Below are positions 20,340-29,735 of a DNA stretch of 64,000 nt, in pieces (the first letter of the stretch is position 1; each line of letters begins with the position of its first letter). A model generated the notes under the pieces. The model was not told the DNA's origin. It saw nothing but the letters and a program-made list of their open reading frames with translations, and did no database searches. Made by a program: the position numbers and the translations under genes. This stretch comes from an uncultured delta proteobacterium (GTDB lineage Bacteria > Myxococcota_A > Polyangia > Polyangiales > Polyangiaceae): positions 1,280,001 to 1,344,000 of the forward strand of contig CAWKKR010000008.1 in assembly GCA_963850305.1 (NCBI GenBank), read 5' to 3'.

Positions 20340-23300
20340 ACCTGCGCCGCGCTTCACTGCTGGCCCTGCTCGCCGCCTCGCTCGCCGCGGTCGCGTGCGG
20401 CGCGCACCGTTCGCCCGCGGTATCCCCCGGTCTCGACGAGCTACGTCGCGTCGGAGCGACGACGAAGGATCCGGAGGTCGCCGCTCTCCTGCTCGTCAGA
20501 GAGCTCGTTTCACCAGGGGGCGACGCGACGCGGGCTGCAGGCGCGCGCGTCGAGCTGGATTCGCTGGGGCAGGGCGGAATGATCTCCGCGCTCGCGCGAG
20601 GACTCGACGACTCGCTGCACGGACGCCTCGGGTCTTCGGGAGAACACTATCTCGAAGCGGTTCGGGCCGCGCGCGACTCGAAGGATGCACGCGCGCCGCT
20701 GATCGCGTGGTTCGCCGCGAATCGCGCCGCATCGATCAGCTCGGACGCCCCCGACTTGTGGAACCATTTTCGATCGCTCGTCCTCGACCTGATCGCGTCG
20801 CCGCGCAACATCGGTTGGCGCGCGCGGAGCGAGCTCGTCGAGTGGTCGATCGACGAGAGCTGGGCGGAAGGGGCGCGCGACCTCGATCAGCGCGCGATCG
20901 CCCTCTACGGCTGCTTGACCTCGGCGCGCCTCGCGGGACCGTTCGGCCACGGCGCTCCGACGGACGCCGTCCGGCATTTCGCGCCCGAAGATCCCCTGCC
21001 GTGGCCTTATCGCTGGGATCCGGATCCGGGAGTCGCGAAGGCGCCGCGCCTCCTTTCGACCTCGTCGCATTCGTGCGCAATCCAGCCTGACGAAAAACCG
21101 GGGGATGGAATCTATTACGCCGAGGCCTTCTTCGATTTGCCCGCGGCGCGGGACGTCCTGATTGCCGTCCAGGGCGCGCTCCTGGTTCGAGTCGACGACG
21201 CCGTCGTTCTGGATCGCGATGTCCGCACCTGGGGCGTGTGGCCCAGATTCGGCGTCCATTTGAAGCTCGGCGCGGGGCGCCATCGCATCGTCGCGAGGCT
21301 CGGGGAACCCGCCACATCCATCCGCGTGCTCGCGCCGGACGGAACGCCCATCGGCGTCGTTGCCAGCAAGGACACGAGCGCGCCCTACGACCAGGTTCCC
21401 CCGGTCGTCGTGGACGGGGCGAACGTCCTCGATCGGTGGGTGCACCCCGGTGGCGTGTCGGACCCCGGCGACGATCTCACGCGCGTCCTCGCGGCATTCG
21501 TCGCGCACGTGGACAGCAGCGACGACGTCGCTTCGGTGATGATGGCGCCCCTGATCGACAAGATCGACCTCGCGACGGGTCCGAGCCTCTCGCTGGCGGC
21601 GACGTTCGTCGACAATGATCCCATCTTCGACTCCTCCCAGTCGGACGATCTCGTGCGGGAGCTTCACGAGCGGGCGGAGAAGAAAGACCCGAAGCTCTGG
21701 GCGTCGCGGCTATCGCTGGCGCTCGGTGTCGCCGAGAAGAAGGGCGCGGAAGAGGCCGTCCCGGAGCTCGAACGGCTCGCGGCGGAGTTCACCGGTGTGC
21801 CCGACGTGATCCTGTCGCTCGCTCGCATCTACGGCGAGCTCGGCTGGACCCCGGAGCACTCGCGCACCGTGAAGCAGCTCCTCGCGCGGTTCCCGAACGA
21901 CCTCGGAGCGCTGCACGCCGCCGTCGACGTGTACGATGCCGAGGGCGACGCGAAGACCGTCGACGAGCTCGTCGGTCGGATCCAGCGGCTCGATCGCGAC
22001 GACGAGATCGTCCTGACCCGGGCGCTCGCGCGCGAGGATTACGGCACCGCCATCGCGGAGCTCGAGCGCCTGTCGAAGCTACATCCCGATCGCAAGGATC
22101 TCGCCGAACGCCTTTACGACGCGAAGGTCCGCGCGGGCGACGACCGCGGTGCGCTCGCCAAGCTGGAAGCGGCGGTCAAGAAGGACCCCACGGATCCGCA
22201 CGCGCGCCTCGACCTCTCAGACGCGCGCTACGCGAGCGGCGACGACGCGGCCTTGCGTCATGGTCTTGCCGACGGCGTTCAAGCGGGCGCAAACACGTCG
22301 TTGCTCACGAGTGCCATCGATCTCGTGGAGGGCGTCACCGAGCTCGAACCCTACCGGCTCGACGCTCGCAAGATCATCGCCGCGTACGAGAAGAGCGGAC
22401 GGCACATGGAGGGTACCGCCGCGCGTATTCTGGATTATTCCGCCCTCTGGGTGCACGCGGACGGATCGAGCCGCATGCTCGAGCACGAGATCGTCCGTCT
22501 CCAGAGCGAGGAGGCCATCTCGTCGTTTGCGGAACATCCGACGCTCGAAGGGCTCGTCCTTCACATGCGCGTGATCAAGAAGGACGGCTCGACACTCGAA
22601 CCCGAGTTCGTCGCCGGCAAGCCGACGGTCACGTTTCCGCATCTCGAAGTCGGCGATTACATCGAGACGGAACAGGTGATTTACACGCCGAACGACGGTC
22701 ACCCGCTGGAGTACCTGGGGCCGCGGTGGTTCTTTCGCGAAGAGAACGTCGGGTACGCCCGGAGCGAGTTCGTCGTCATCTCGCCGTCGATCCGGAATCT
22801 CGTCGTCGAGACGACGGGGGACGTTCCCGCTCCGCAGATCGAGACCCACGACGGCTTCGTCACGCGGCGCTGGCGCGTCGATTACAGTCCGGCCGCGCCG
22901 ACCGAACCGGGCAGCGCGCCCATCACGGAATTCTTGCCGAGCGTGCAGATCGGCTGGGGCGTGACGCTCGAGGAGCGACTTCGTGCAATCGGCGACGCGC
23001 TCGCGCAGATCACGCCCGTCGATCCGCGGATCCGGAAGGTCGCCGAACACATCGTCGACGCCGCTACCGCAGGCGGACGAGATCGGACGCGCGCGGAAGC
23101 TCTACCGCTGGCTTCTCGACAACGTCGAGAACGGCGACGAGACCGACCCTCGCCGCATCATCATCGGCAAGCGCGGCAATCTCTGGCACGGCTTCCGGAT
23201 GCTCTGCCGCGCCCTCGGCATCGAGGTCCGCTACGCGGTCGCGGAGAATCGCCTCGCCCCACCGCCGCACGGTCCGTTTTCGGAGGCCACGCTCTTCACG

Positions 23301-24092
23301 CAGCCCGTCGCCGAAATCCAAGGTCAGACCGGGCGCGCATGGCTCACCCTCGGGAGCAAGTACGCGCCGTTCGGGTATCTCTCCGCCGACGTGCGCGGCA
23401 TGCCCGCGTATTTCGTCGATGGCGCGCGCGAGCGCACCACGGTTCCCGAGCAAGGCGCGGCCGACGGCATCGCTTTCTCGGGCCACGGCCGTCTGGATGC
23501 GAGCGGTTCGCTCGAGCTCGAGCTCGTCGAGCAGTTCTCCGGCAAGCTTGCGATGGCTCTCCGGCGGGGTCTATCCCAGGTTCCCGAGCAGCAGCTCCAC
23601 GAGATCCTCGAGTCCAACTTGCTCGCCCAGACCCTCCACGGGGGCTCGCTCGAGAATCACACGATCGAACATCGCGACGACTACGATGTGCCGCTCGTCA
23701 TTCGCATGACGGTGCACGTCGCTCGCTTCGCCCAGCGAAGCGGCAAGGATCTCATCATCACGCCGCCACTCTCCCCGGATTTCGGTCGCCTGGCGACGCT
23801 GCCGTCGAGGCAAACGCCGCTCCTGATTCCGGAGACGCTGCACCGCGATGTCGACGTGACGATCGATCTGCCGTCCAAGGCGACCGCGTCCGGCCTGTTG
23901 CCGGCAACAATCACCGACGGCAAAGCGCGAGTGGCGGTGACCGACTCGACCTCCGGCAACGTGCTCCGCTTGACGCGCTCTATCGACATCCCGGCGGGGC
24001 GCATTCAGCCCGCCGAATACGAGGCATTCGCTCGCTTCGCTCACGCCTCCGACGACGCGGTCTCCCGCGAGATCCGCGTCACCCTGCCGTGA
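20336..24092 (+). CDS. Lipoprotein TPR + DUF3857 + degenerate transglutaminase-like paralogue (frameshift near 23065)
   Basis: LAAVAC lipobox, AGPF domain, TPRs, FPHLEVGDYIE; catalytic segment reads KRGNLWHG with no Cys; GTGA coupling to the upstream gene. Confidence 0.8.
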
Positions 24093-24129
24093 GAGTCGGT
24101 CGCAGCCTCCCCGAGGCCACGACTCCGCG

Positions 24130-24771
24130 TCACCGATTGCGAGGCGACTGCGCGCTCTCGGCGGCCTTCTTCTCGGCTTCCTCGAGGCGCTGTTTGATCC
24201 GATCCTTGACGGCCCCGTAGTCGATCACGAGCTGCTTCCACGTGGCGATTCGCTTCAGGCGCTCCGTCGCGGTGTCGGGGTACGTCTTCACGGTAGGCGA
24301 CGCCTTGGAGTGTTCCGCGTACGCGTTCCAGCCGTTCGTCGCGTCATCGAGCGAGCGCTCGCGTTCCTTCACGTCGGCGATCACGAACAGGATCTTCGCC
24401 TTGAGCGCGGCATTGTCACCGACGAAGCGGAGTGCCGTCTGCCACACGGCGTCGGCTTCTGGCAGATTGCCCTTCGCGAGCGTGGCCTCGCCCATGCGGT
24501 AATGCCCCATCGCGTTCTGCGGCTCCGCGCGGATGGCGTCCTGATAAGCCGCTATTGCGCCGTCGAAGTCGCGGGCGGCATAAGCGTCGTCCCCCTTCTT
24601 GAGCGCCTCCCAGAACGGGCTGATGCCCTTGATGCCCTTCGGATCCCGACGTGGGCCAGCTTGCGCTGCGGTTCCGGTCGTCGCTGCCGTAGCATCGGCG
24701 GGCTTCTTCGCCGCAGCGGGCAGTGAAACGAAGAGGGCGGCGGCCACGACCGCGAACCGGCGATGTCGCAT
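24130..24771 (-). CDS. Secreted TPR protein
   Basis: Signal peptide MRHRRFAVVAAALF; KKGDDAYAARDFDGAIAAYQDAI TPR pattern. Confidence 0.8.
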   Translation of the reverse strand: MRHRRFAVVAAALFVSLPAAAKKPADATAATTGTAAQAGPRRDPKGIKGISPFWEALKKGDDAYAARDFDGAIAAYQDAIRAEPQNAMGHYRMGEATLAKGNLPEADAVWQTALRFVGDNAALKAKILFVIADVKERERSLDDATNGWNAYAEHSKASPTVKTYPDTATERLKRIATWKQLVIDYGAVKDRIKQRLEEAEKKAAESAQSPRNR

Positions 24772-24866
24772 GCGACAGACGGTAACACAGGAGCGCGCGA
24801 CCCCGAAGCGGACGCTCTTTACCCCAGGAATCCGGATAAACCCGCGAGTTTCTTGATGTGCTGGAG

Positions 24867-25079
24867 CTAAAGCGGATGCTGTCGCTGTCGCTCGCCTTCG
24901 GGCCTGTCGTCGGACCGACCGCGGACGTGCGCCATCCCCAGAGCGTAGCTCCCGAATCCGAATCCCCCCGCAATCAGCAAGAACGCACCGAGTCCGTAGT
25001 GTTGCGACGCCATCGCAGCCGCGAACGCACTCCCCGTGAGCACGAGGAGCGCCAAAATCCGCATCCAATGACGGCCCAT
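24867..25079 (-). CDS. Small two-TM membrane protein (hypothetical)
   Basis: MRILALLVLTGSAFAAAM...GAFLLIAGGFGFGSYALG. Confidence 0.5.
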   Translation of the reverse strand: MGRHWMRILALLVLTGSAFAAAMASQHYGLGAFLLIAGGFGFGSYALGMAHVRGRSDDRPEGERQRQHPL

Positions 25080-25169
25080 GATGCACCCGATCCGTGCAAC
25101 CCACGTGCCGGTCGTGGCGTGTCGCGAAACCCGGCGGGTCGGGGGCCCGGACGGAGGTAGCATGCGTGC

Positions 25170-26276
25170 GTGTCCGTCGCGGCATACCCCTGGGGCGCCT
25201 TGTCGCGGACGTCGCGCGAGTCGGTTCGTGCGTCGCGCAGGGTTCGGGGGCGTTTGCACGCGACGGTGACGTTCGAACGGCTCGAGGGCGCGCTGCGCGA
25301 AGTACTCGGGCGCGACGTGTTGCTCGTTCCGCGACGCATCGAGGCGGTGAACGCTTCCCCCGCCGAGGACGCGCTTCACTTCGAGACGGCGGACGGTGCG
25401 CTCGCGCTCGCGCTCGAAATGGAAGCGGCGCTCGCGGCGGAAGTGACGGCTCCTTTCGTCAATCGGCAACCGACGTTGACGGATCCGCACGCGCGGCTCG
25501 AACCGGCGCTCCGCGGCGCTCTCTCCGCCGTGATCGTGGAGGCGGCGCGACGGTCCGGGGCCCGAGTTCCGCTGCGCGCGCGGAGCGACGCACCCTCCGC
25601 GATGACCGGAGTGCGCGCGGAAGCGACGCTGCTCCTCGGCGAGCGCCCGTATGGTGTCGTCGCGTACGCGTCGGCCCGCGGCGCTCCGACCCGCGGCGAG
25701 ACCTTCGAGCCGGACCTCTCCGCGCTCGGGGGGCTTCGTATCGCGGTGCCACTGGTGGTCGCGCTGTCTTCTGGCACCCGCGAGGAAGTGGAGTCGCTCC
25801 GGGTCGGGGACGTGTGGTTACCGGGGGAGGGTTTTTTCCACGCCGCACCGGCAAACCAGAACCCATTCGACTCATTTCCGACCGGCGCCGTTCTTGCGGC
25901 TCCGGACGGCGAGTACGGCGTCCGCGTCGACCGTTCCTCGGACGGAAAACTCGTGTTACGGGGCGACAGGGTGGCGCTCGGAGCGGACGTCGCCGTACCT
26001 CCGGCACCAGGAAATTCTCCCATGACCGATCCGGACAAGACCGTGCATGCGATCGCGCTCGACGCGCCCATCGTCGTGCGCGTCGAGGTCGCGAGCGTGA
26101 CGCTCAGCGCCCGAGAATGGGCCGCGCTGGCGCCCGGCGACGTGCTCGAGACCGGGACACCACTCACGTCACCGGTCGTGCTTCGCGTGGCGGGGCAAGA
26201 GGTCGCGAGAGGCGAGCTCGTCGATGTCGATGGCGAGCTGGGCGTGCGAATACGCGAAGTGCTCGACCGGGGTTAG
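25170..26276 (+). CDS. FliM/FliN-SctQ (YscQ-like) C-ring protein with two SPOA domains
   Basis: VESLRVGDVWLPG and ALDAPIVVRVEV...LAPGDVLE...VARGELVDVDGELGVRI. Confidence 0.85.
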   Translation: MSVAAYPWGALSRTSRESVRASRRVRGRLHATVTFERLEGALREVLGRDVLLVPRRIEAVNASPAEDALHFETADGALALALEMEAALAAEVTAPFVNRQPTLTDPHARLEPALRGALSAVIVEAARRSGARVPLRARSDAPSAMTGVRAEATLLLGERPYGVVAYASARGAPTRGETFEPDLSALGGLRIAVPLVVALSSGTREEVESLRVGDVWLPGEGFFHAAPANQNPFDSFPTGAVLAAPDGEYGVRVDRSSDGKLVLRGDRVALGADVAVPPAPGNSPMTDPDKTVHAIALDAPIVVRVEVASVTLSAREWAALAPGDVLETGTPLTSPVVLRVAGQEVARGELVDVDGELGVRIREVLDRG

Positions 26277-26305
26277 CTTCGTTCGGATGTTCCTCGGAGC
26301 GTAAT

Positions 26306-26842
26306 TTGTTCTGCCCCCGCCCAGCGCTCGTTTACCTCTTTGTTTTTTTTGCTGGTGCGGCGTGCGGCAAGTCGCACTCGCAGAGGAACGACGGCGCGGC
26401 GTCGGCGAGCGCCGTCGCGGCGACGCCCGCACCGAGTGCATCGGCAGCGCCGGTCCGGGACACATGGTACGCGGGCACGTGGAGCGGCACGTACGAGACG
26501 GCGTCTCATCGGATCGATTTACCCCCGGTACAGGGCGGACTCCCGGAGTGGAAGGTCGACGACAAGCGTGGCGTCGGCAAGGGCACGCTCTCGGTGACGG
26601 CGAGCGCGGACGGAACCGCAGCGGGGTCGACCGACGGCGTGCTCGGCAAGCACGACGTGCGCGGCGCGTTCGACGGCGAGGAGTTCACCGCGCGCTTCGT
26701 CCCGGACGACACGAAGGGCTTTGCGGCGACCCTCGTCGCGCACCGGGACGGGGCCCGCGTCGCCGGGATGCTCGAGGCGGGCAGCGCGGACGGTCACCTC
26801 GCGCGCAGCGGTACGTTCACGCTCGCCAAGGCCGCGCCATGA
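26306..26842 (+). CDS. Hypothetical lipoprotein (start uncertain)
   Basis: VFFAGAAC-GK lipobox, Ala/Ser linker, beta-rich domain; ATGA overlap with yggS. Confidence 0.6.
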   Translation: MFCPRPALVYLFVFFAGAACGKSHSQRNDGAASASAVAATPAPSASAAPVRDTWYAGTWSGTYETASHRIDLPPVQGGLPEWKVDDKRGVGKGTLSVTASADGTAAGSTDGVLGKHDVRGAFDGEEFTARFVPDDTKGFAATLVAHRDGARVAGMLEAGSADGHLARSGTFTLAKAAP

Positions 26843-27528
26843 ACGATATCGCGGCGCGTCTTCGCGACGTCGAAGCACGCATTCGCGACGCTGCGGTTGC
26901 CTGCGGGCGCGATCCCGGTTCCGTCCGGCTCGTCGCGGTGTCGAAGACGAAGCCGGCGAGCGACATCCGAGCCGCGTACGCCGCGGGACAGCGCGACTTC
27001 GGCGAGAACTACGTGAAGGAGCTCGTCGCCAAGGCGGACGAGTTGCGGGATCTGCCCGACGTGCGCTTTCACTTCATCGGGCATCTGCAGCGGAACAAGG
27101 CGAAGCTCGTCGCGGAGCGCGCGAGCGTCGTTCACACGATCGACTCCGTGAAGCTCGCGCAGGAGCTCGGCAAGCGGGTGCTCGAGTGCCGCGGCGATGG
27201 CGCCGAGCTCTCGGTCCTCGTCGAGGTCAACGTCGGCGGCGAGGCGCAGAAGAGCGGCGCCGCCCCCGCCGAGCTTCCGGCCGTTCTCGACGCGATCGAG
27301 GCTCAGTCGAGCCTGCGCCTCGCCGGGTTGATGACCGTGCCGCCCTTCGCGGAGCAGGCGTCGGACTCGCGGCGTTTCTTCGACGCCCTCGCCGCGCTGC
27401 GCGACGCACACGGAGGCGCGTCGCGCCTTCCCGAGCTCAGCATGGGCATGAGCCACGACCTCGAGCACGCGATCGCCGCGGGCGCGACGCTCGTGCGCGT
27501 GGGGACCGCCATCTTCGGGGCGCGCTGA
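26839..27528 (+). CDS. yggS: PLP homeostasis protein (YggS family)
   Basis: LVAVSKTK, DFGENYV, HFIGHLQRNK, LSMGMSHD, VRVGTAIFGAR. Confidence 0.96.
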   Translation: MNDIAARLRDVEARIRDAAVACGRDPGSVRLVAVSKTKPASDIRAAYAAGQRDFGENYVKELVAKADELRDLPDVRFHFIGHLQRNKAKLVAERASVVHTIDSVKLAQELGKRVLECRGDGAELSVLVEVNVGGEAQKSGAAPAELPAVLDAIEAQSSLRLAGLMTVPPFAEQASDSRRFFDALAALRDAHGGASRLPELSMGMSHDLEHAIAAGATLVRVGTAIFGAR

Positions 27529-28877
27529 TGGCGAAGAAGCCGCCCGCGCGCCCGGAGCAACCGACGCTGCTCGACGCGGCGCGTGCGCGGGGCGACGCGC
27601 CGGAGACCGCGCCGCTCGCCGACCGGATGCGACCCCGCACCCTCGACGAGCTCGTCGGGCAAGCGCACCTCGTCGGGCCGGGACGTCTCCTCGCGCACGC
27701 GATCGGCCACGACCAGGTGCCGTCGATGATCCTGTGGGGTCCGCCCGGTTCCGGCAAGACGACGCTCGCGCGCGTCGTGAGCCACGCGACGAAATCCGTG
27801 TTCGTGCCGTTCTCGGCCGTCCTCGGCGGGGTGCCCGAGCTACGGGAGATCCTCCGCGAAGCGAGGGAGCGTCGCGCCTACGACGGCCGCGCGACGATCT
27901 TGTTCGTGGACGAGATCCATCGCTTCAACAAGGCCCAGCAGGATGCGTTCTTGCCCCACGTCGAGGACGGCACCGTCACGCTCATCGGCGCGACGACGGA
28001 GAACCCGTCCTTCGCCGTGAATGCGGCGATCCTCTCGCGCTGCAAGGTGTTCCGGCTCGAGCCGCTCTCGGAGGCCGACAGCGTGTTGCTCCTGCGCCGC
28101 GCGCTCACGGACGCGACGCACGGGCTCGGCGCGCGGCACCTCGCGGTCGACGGCGCGGTCCTCGCGAGCATCGCGCGCGCGTCCGGCGGCGATGCGCGTC
28201 GCGCGCTCGGTTTGCTCGAGACCTCGGTCGCGTTACTGCCGCCCTCCGCGACCGTCCTCGACCTGTCCGCGACGGAACGCGCCGCGGAAGAGCGCACCCT
28301 TCTTTACGACAAGACCGGCGAAGAGCATTACAACGTCGTCAGCGCGCTCATCAAATCCATGCGCGGCAGCGACCCCGACGCGGCCATCTACTGGCTGATG
28401 CGCATGCTCGACGCGGGCGACGATCCCGCGTTCGTCCTCCGGCGTCTGGTCATCTTCGCGAGCGAAGACGTCGGCAACGCGGACCCCCGCGCGCTCCTCG
28501 TGGCAACCGCCGCGGACGCCGCGTTTCATCGTCTCGGGATGCCCGAGGCGCTCTACTCGATCGCGCACGCGTGCCTCTATCTCGCGACCGCGCCCAAGTC
28601 GAACTCCGTCGGACGCGCGTTCACCAAAGCACGAGCCTCGATTGCAGAGCGCGGTGCCTTGCCGGTGCCGAAGAAGCTCCGCAACGCGACGACGCCCCTG
28701 ATGAAGGACGAAGGGTACGGCGAGGGTTATCGATACGCGCACGAGCACGGTGGCTTCGTGCCCGGCGAGACGTACCTTCCCGACGAACTCGCTGGCGAGC
28801 GGTTCTTCGAGCCTTCCGAGAACGGTTACGAACAGACGATCCTCGAGCGGCTCGCGCGGTGGAGAGACGGGAAGTAG
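27528..28877 (+). CDS. rarA: Replication-associated recombination protein A
   Basis: PLADRMRP, WGPPGSGKTT, FVDEIHRFNKAQQD, GATTENPSF, KSMRGSDPDAA. Confidence 0.96.
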   Translation: MAKKPPARPEQPTLLDAARARGDAPETAPLADRMRPRTLDELVGQAHLVGPGRLLAHAIGHDQVPSMILWGPPGSGKTTLARVVSHATKSVFVPFSAVLGGVPELREILREARERRAYDGRATILFVDEIHRFNKAQQDAFLPHVEDGTVTLIGATTENPSFAVNAAILSRCKVFRLEPLSEADSVLLLRRALTDATHGLGARHLAVDGAVLASIARASGGDARRALGLLETSVALLPPSATVLDLSATERAAEERTLLYDKTGEEHYNVVSALIKSMRGSDPDAAIYWLMRMLDAGDDPAFVLRRLVIFASEDVGNADPRALLVATAADAAFHRLGMPEALYSIAHACLYLATAPKSNSVGRAFTKARASIAERGALPVPKKLRNATTPLMKDEGYGEGYRYAHEHGGFVPGETYLPDELAGERFFEPSENGYEQTILERLARWRDGK

Positions 28878-28982
28878 CGAGCGGCCTTCCGCCCGAGGGC
28901 GAGCCTCAGTTTGGGTGCCGGAGGCGGTTCGATTGGGTCGTGACGCCTTCTTGACGTCCCCGAACCTTGCTTTGACGGTGTC

Positions 28983-29648
28983 GTGATCGTCGCGTCTTTA
29001 AAGTTGCGAGCATGCGAATGGGTGAACCCGTTGCGATGGCGAGCACGCCGGCCGGTTCGTATGACGGACGCTCCGAAGGCGGTTCCTGGTTCGCGAGTGA
29101 CACGTTGCACCCGCTCGAGCCGGTTCCGGCGCGTTCCGAAGCGGCGGTGGAACCCAGAATCCGAAATTCGCTCGAAGCTCGACGTGCCGAGCGTTGCGCC
29201 CGCACCCATGCGCGTCGTCGTTGTCGGACTGGACGCATCCCGAACCTCGTCCGACGTCCTTGCGCGAGCCATCGAGATGGTCCGAGCCGAACCTTCCGCC
29301 ACGCTCCATGTGTTGCACGTGCTCCGCGCGAGTCGCTTCAATCGCGCCCGCGTCGGCGTACCTGCGACCCCGCGGAGCGTCGTGGAGGACGCGCGGCGCA
29401 CCCACCTCGACTCGCGGGTTCGCGAGGCGAAGACGCACTGCACTGCAGAAGTCGTGGGTCACTTCGCCGTCGGCAATCCGACGAACGAGCTCTTACGGCT
29501 GTGCACCGAAGTCGAAGCCAATCTCCTGGTGATAGGAACGCACGAGCACAATGGCCTCGAGTGGCTGCTCCTCGGCTCGATCTCCGCGGCGCTCGTGCGC
29601 CGTGCTCCTTGCCCCGTCTTCGTCGTCCGCTCGCAAGACGCGCATTGA
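28983..29648 (+). CDS. Universal stress protein (USP domain from about 29208; start uncertain)
   Basis: VVVVGLD.S, LHVLHV, ANLLVIGTH, LLGSISAALVRRAPCPVFVVR. Confidence 0.85.
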   Translation: MIVASLKLRACEWVNPLRWRARRPVRMTDAPKAVPGSRVTRCTRSSRFRRVPKRRWNPESEIRSKLDVPSVAPAPMRVVVVGLDASRTSSDVLARAIEMVRAEPSATLHVLHVLRASRFNRARVGVPATPRSVVEDARRTHLDSRVREAKTHCTAEVVGHFAVGNPTNELLRLCTEVEANLLVIGTHEHNGLEWLLLGSISAALVRRAPCPVFVVRSQDAH

Positions 29649-29735
29649 AGCCGGTCTGGGGTCCGCCGCAAGAGGAGGGCGACAGGCACGCGTTCCAGGC
29701 CTCGCCGGATCTGCGGATCATCGAGTGAGGACTCC

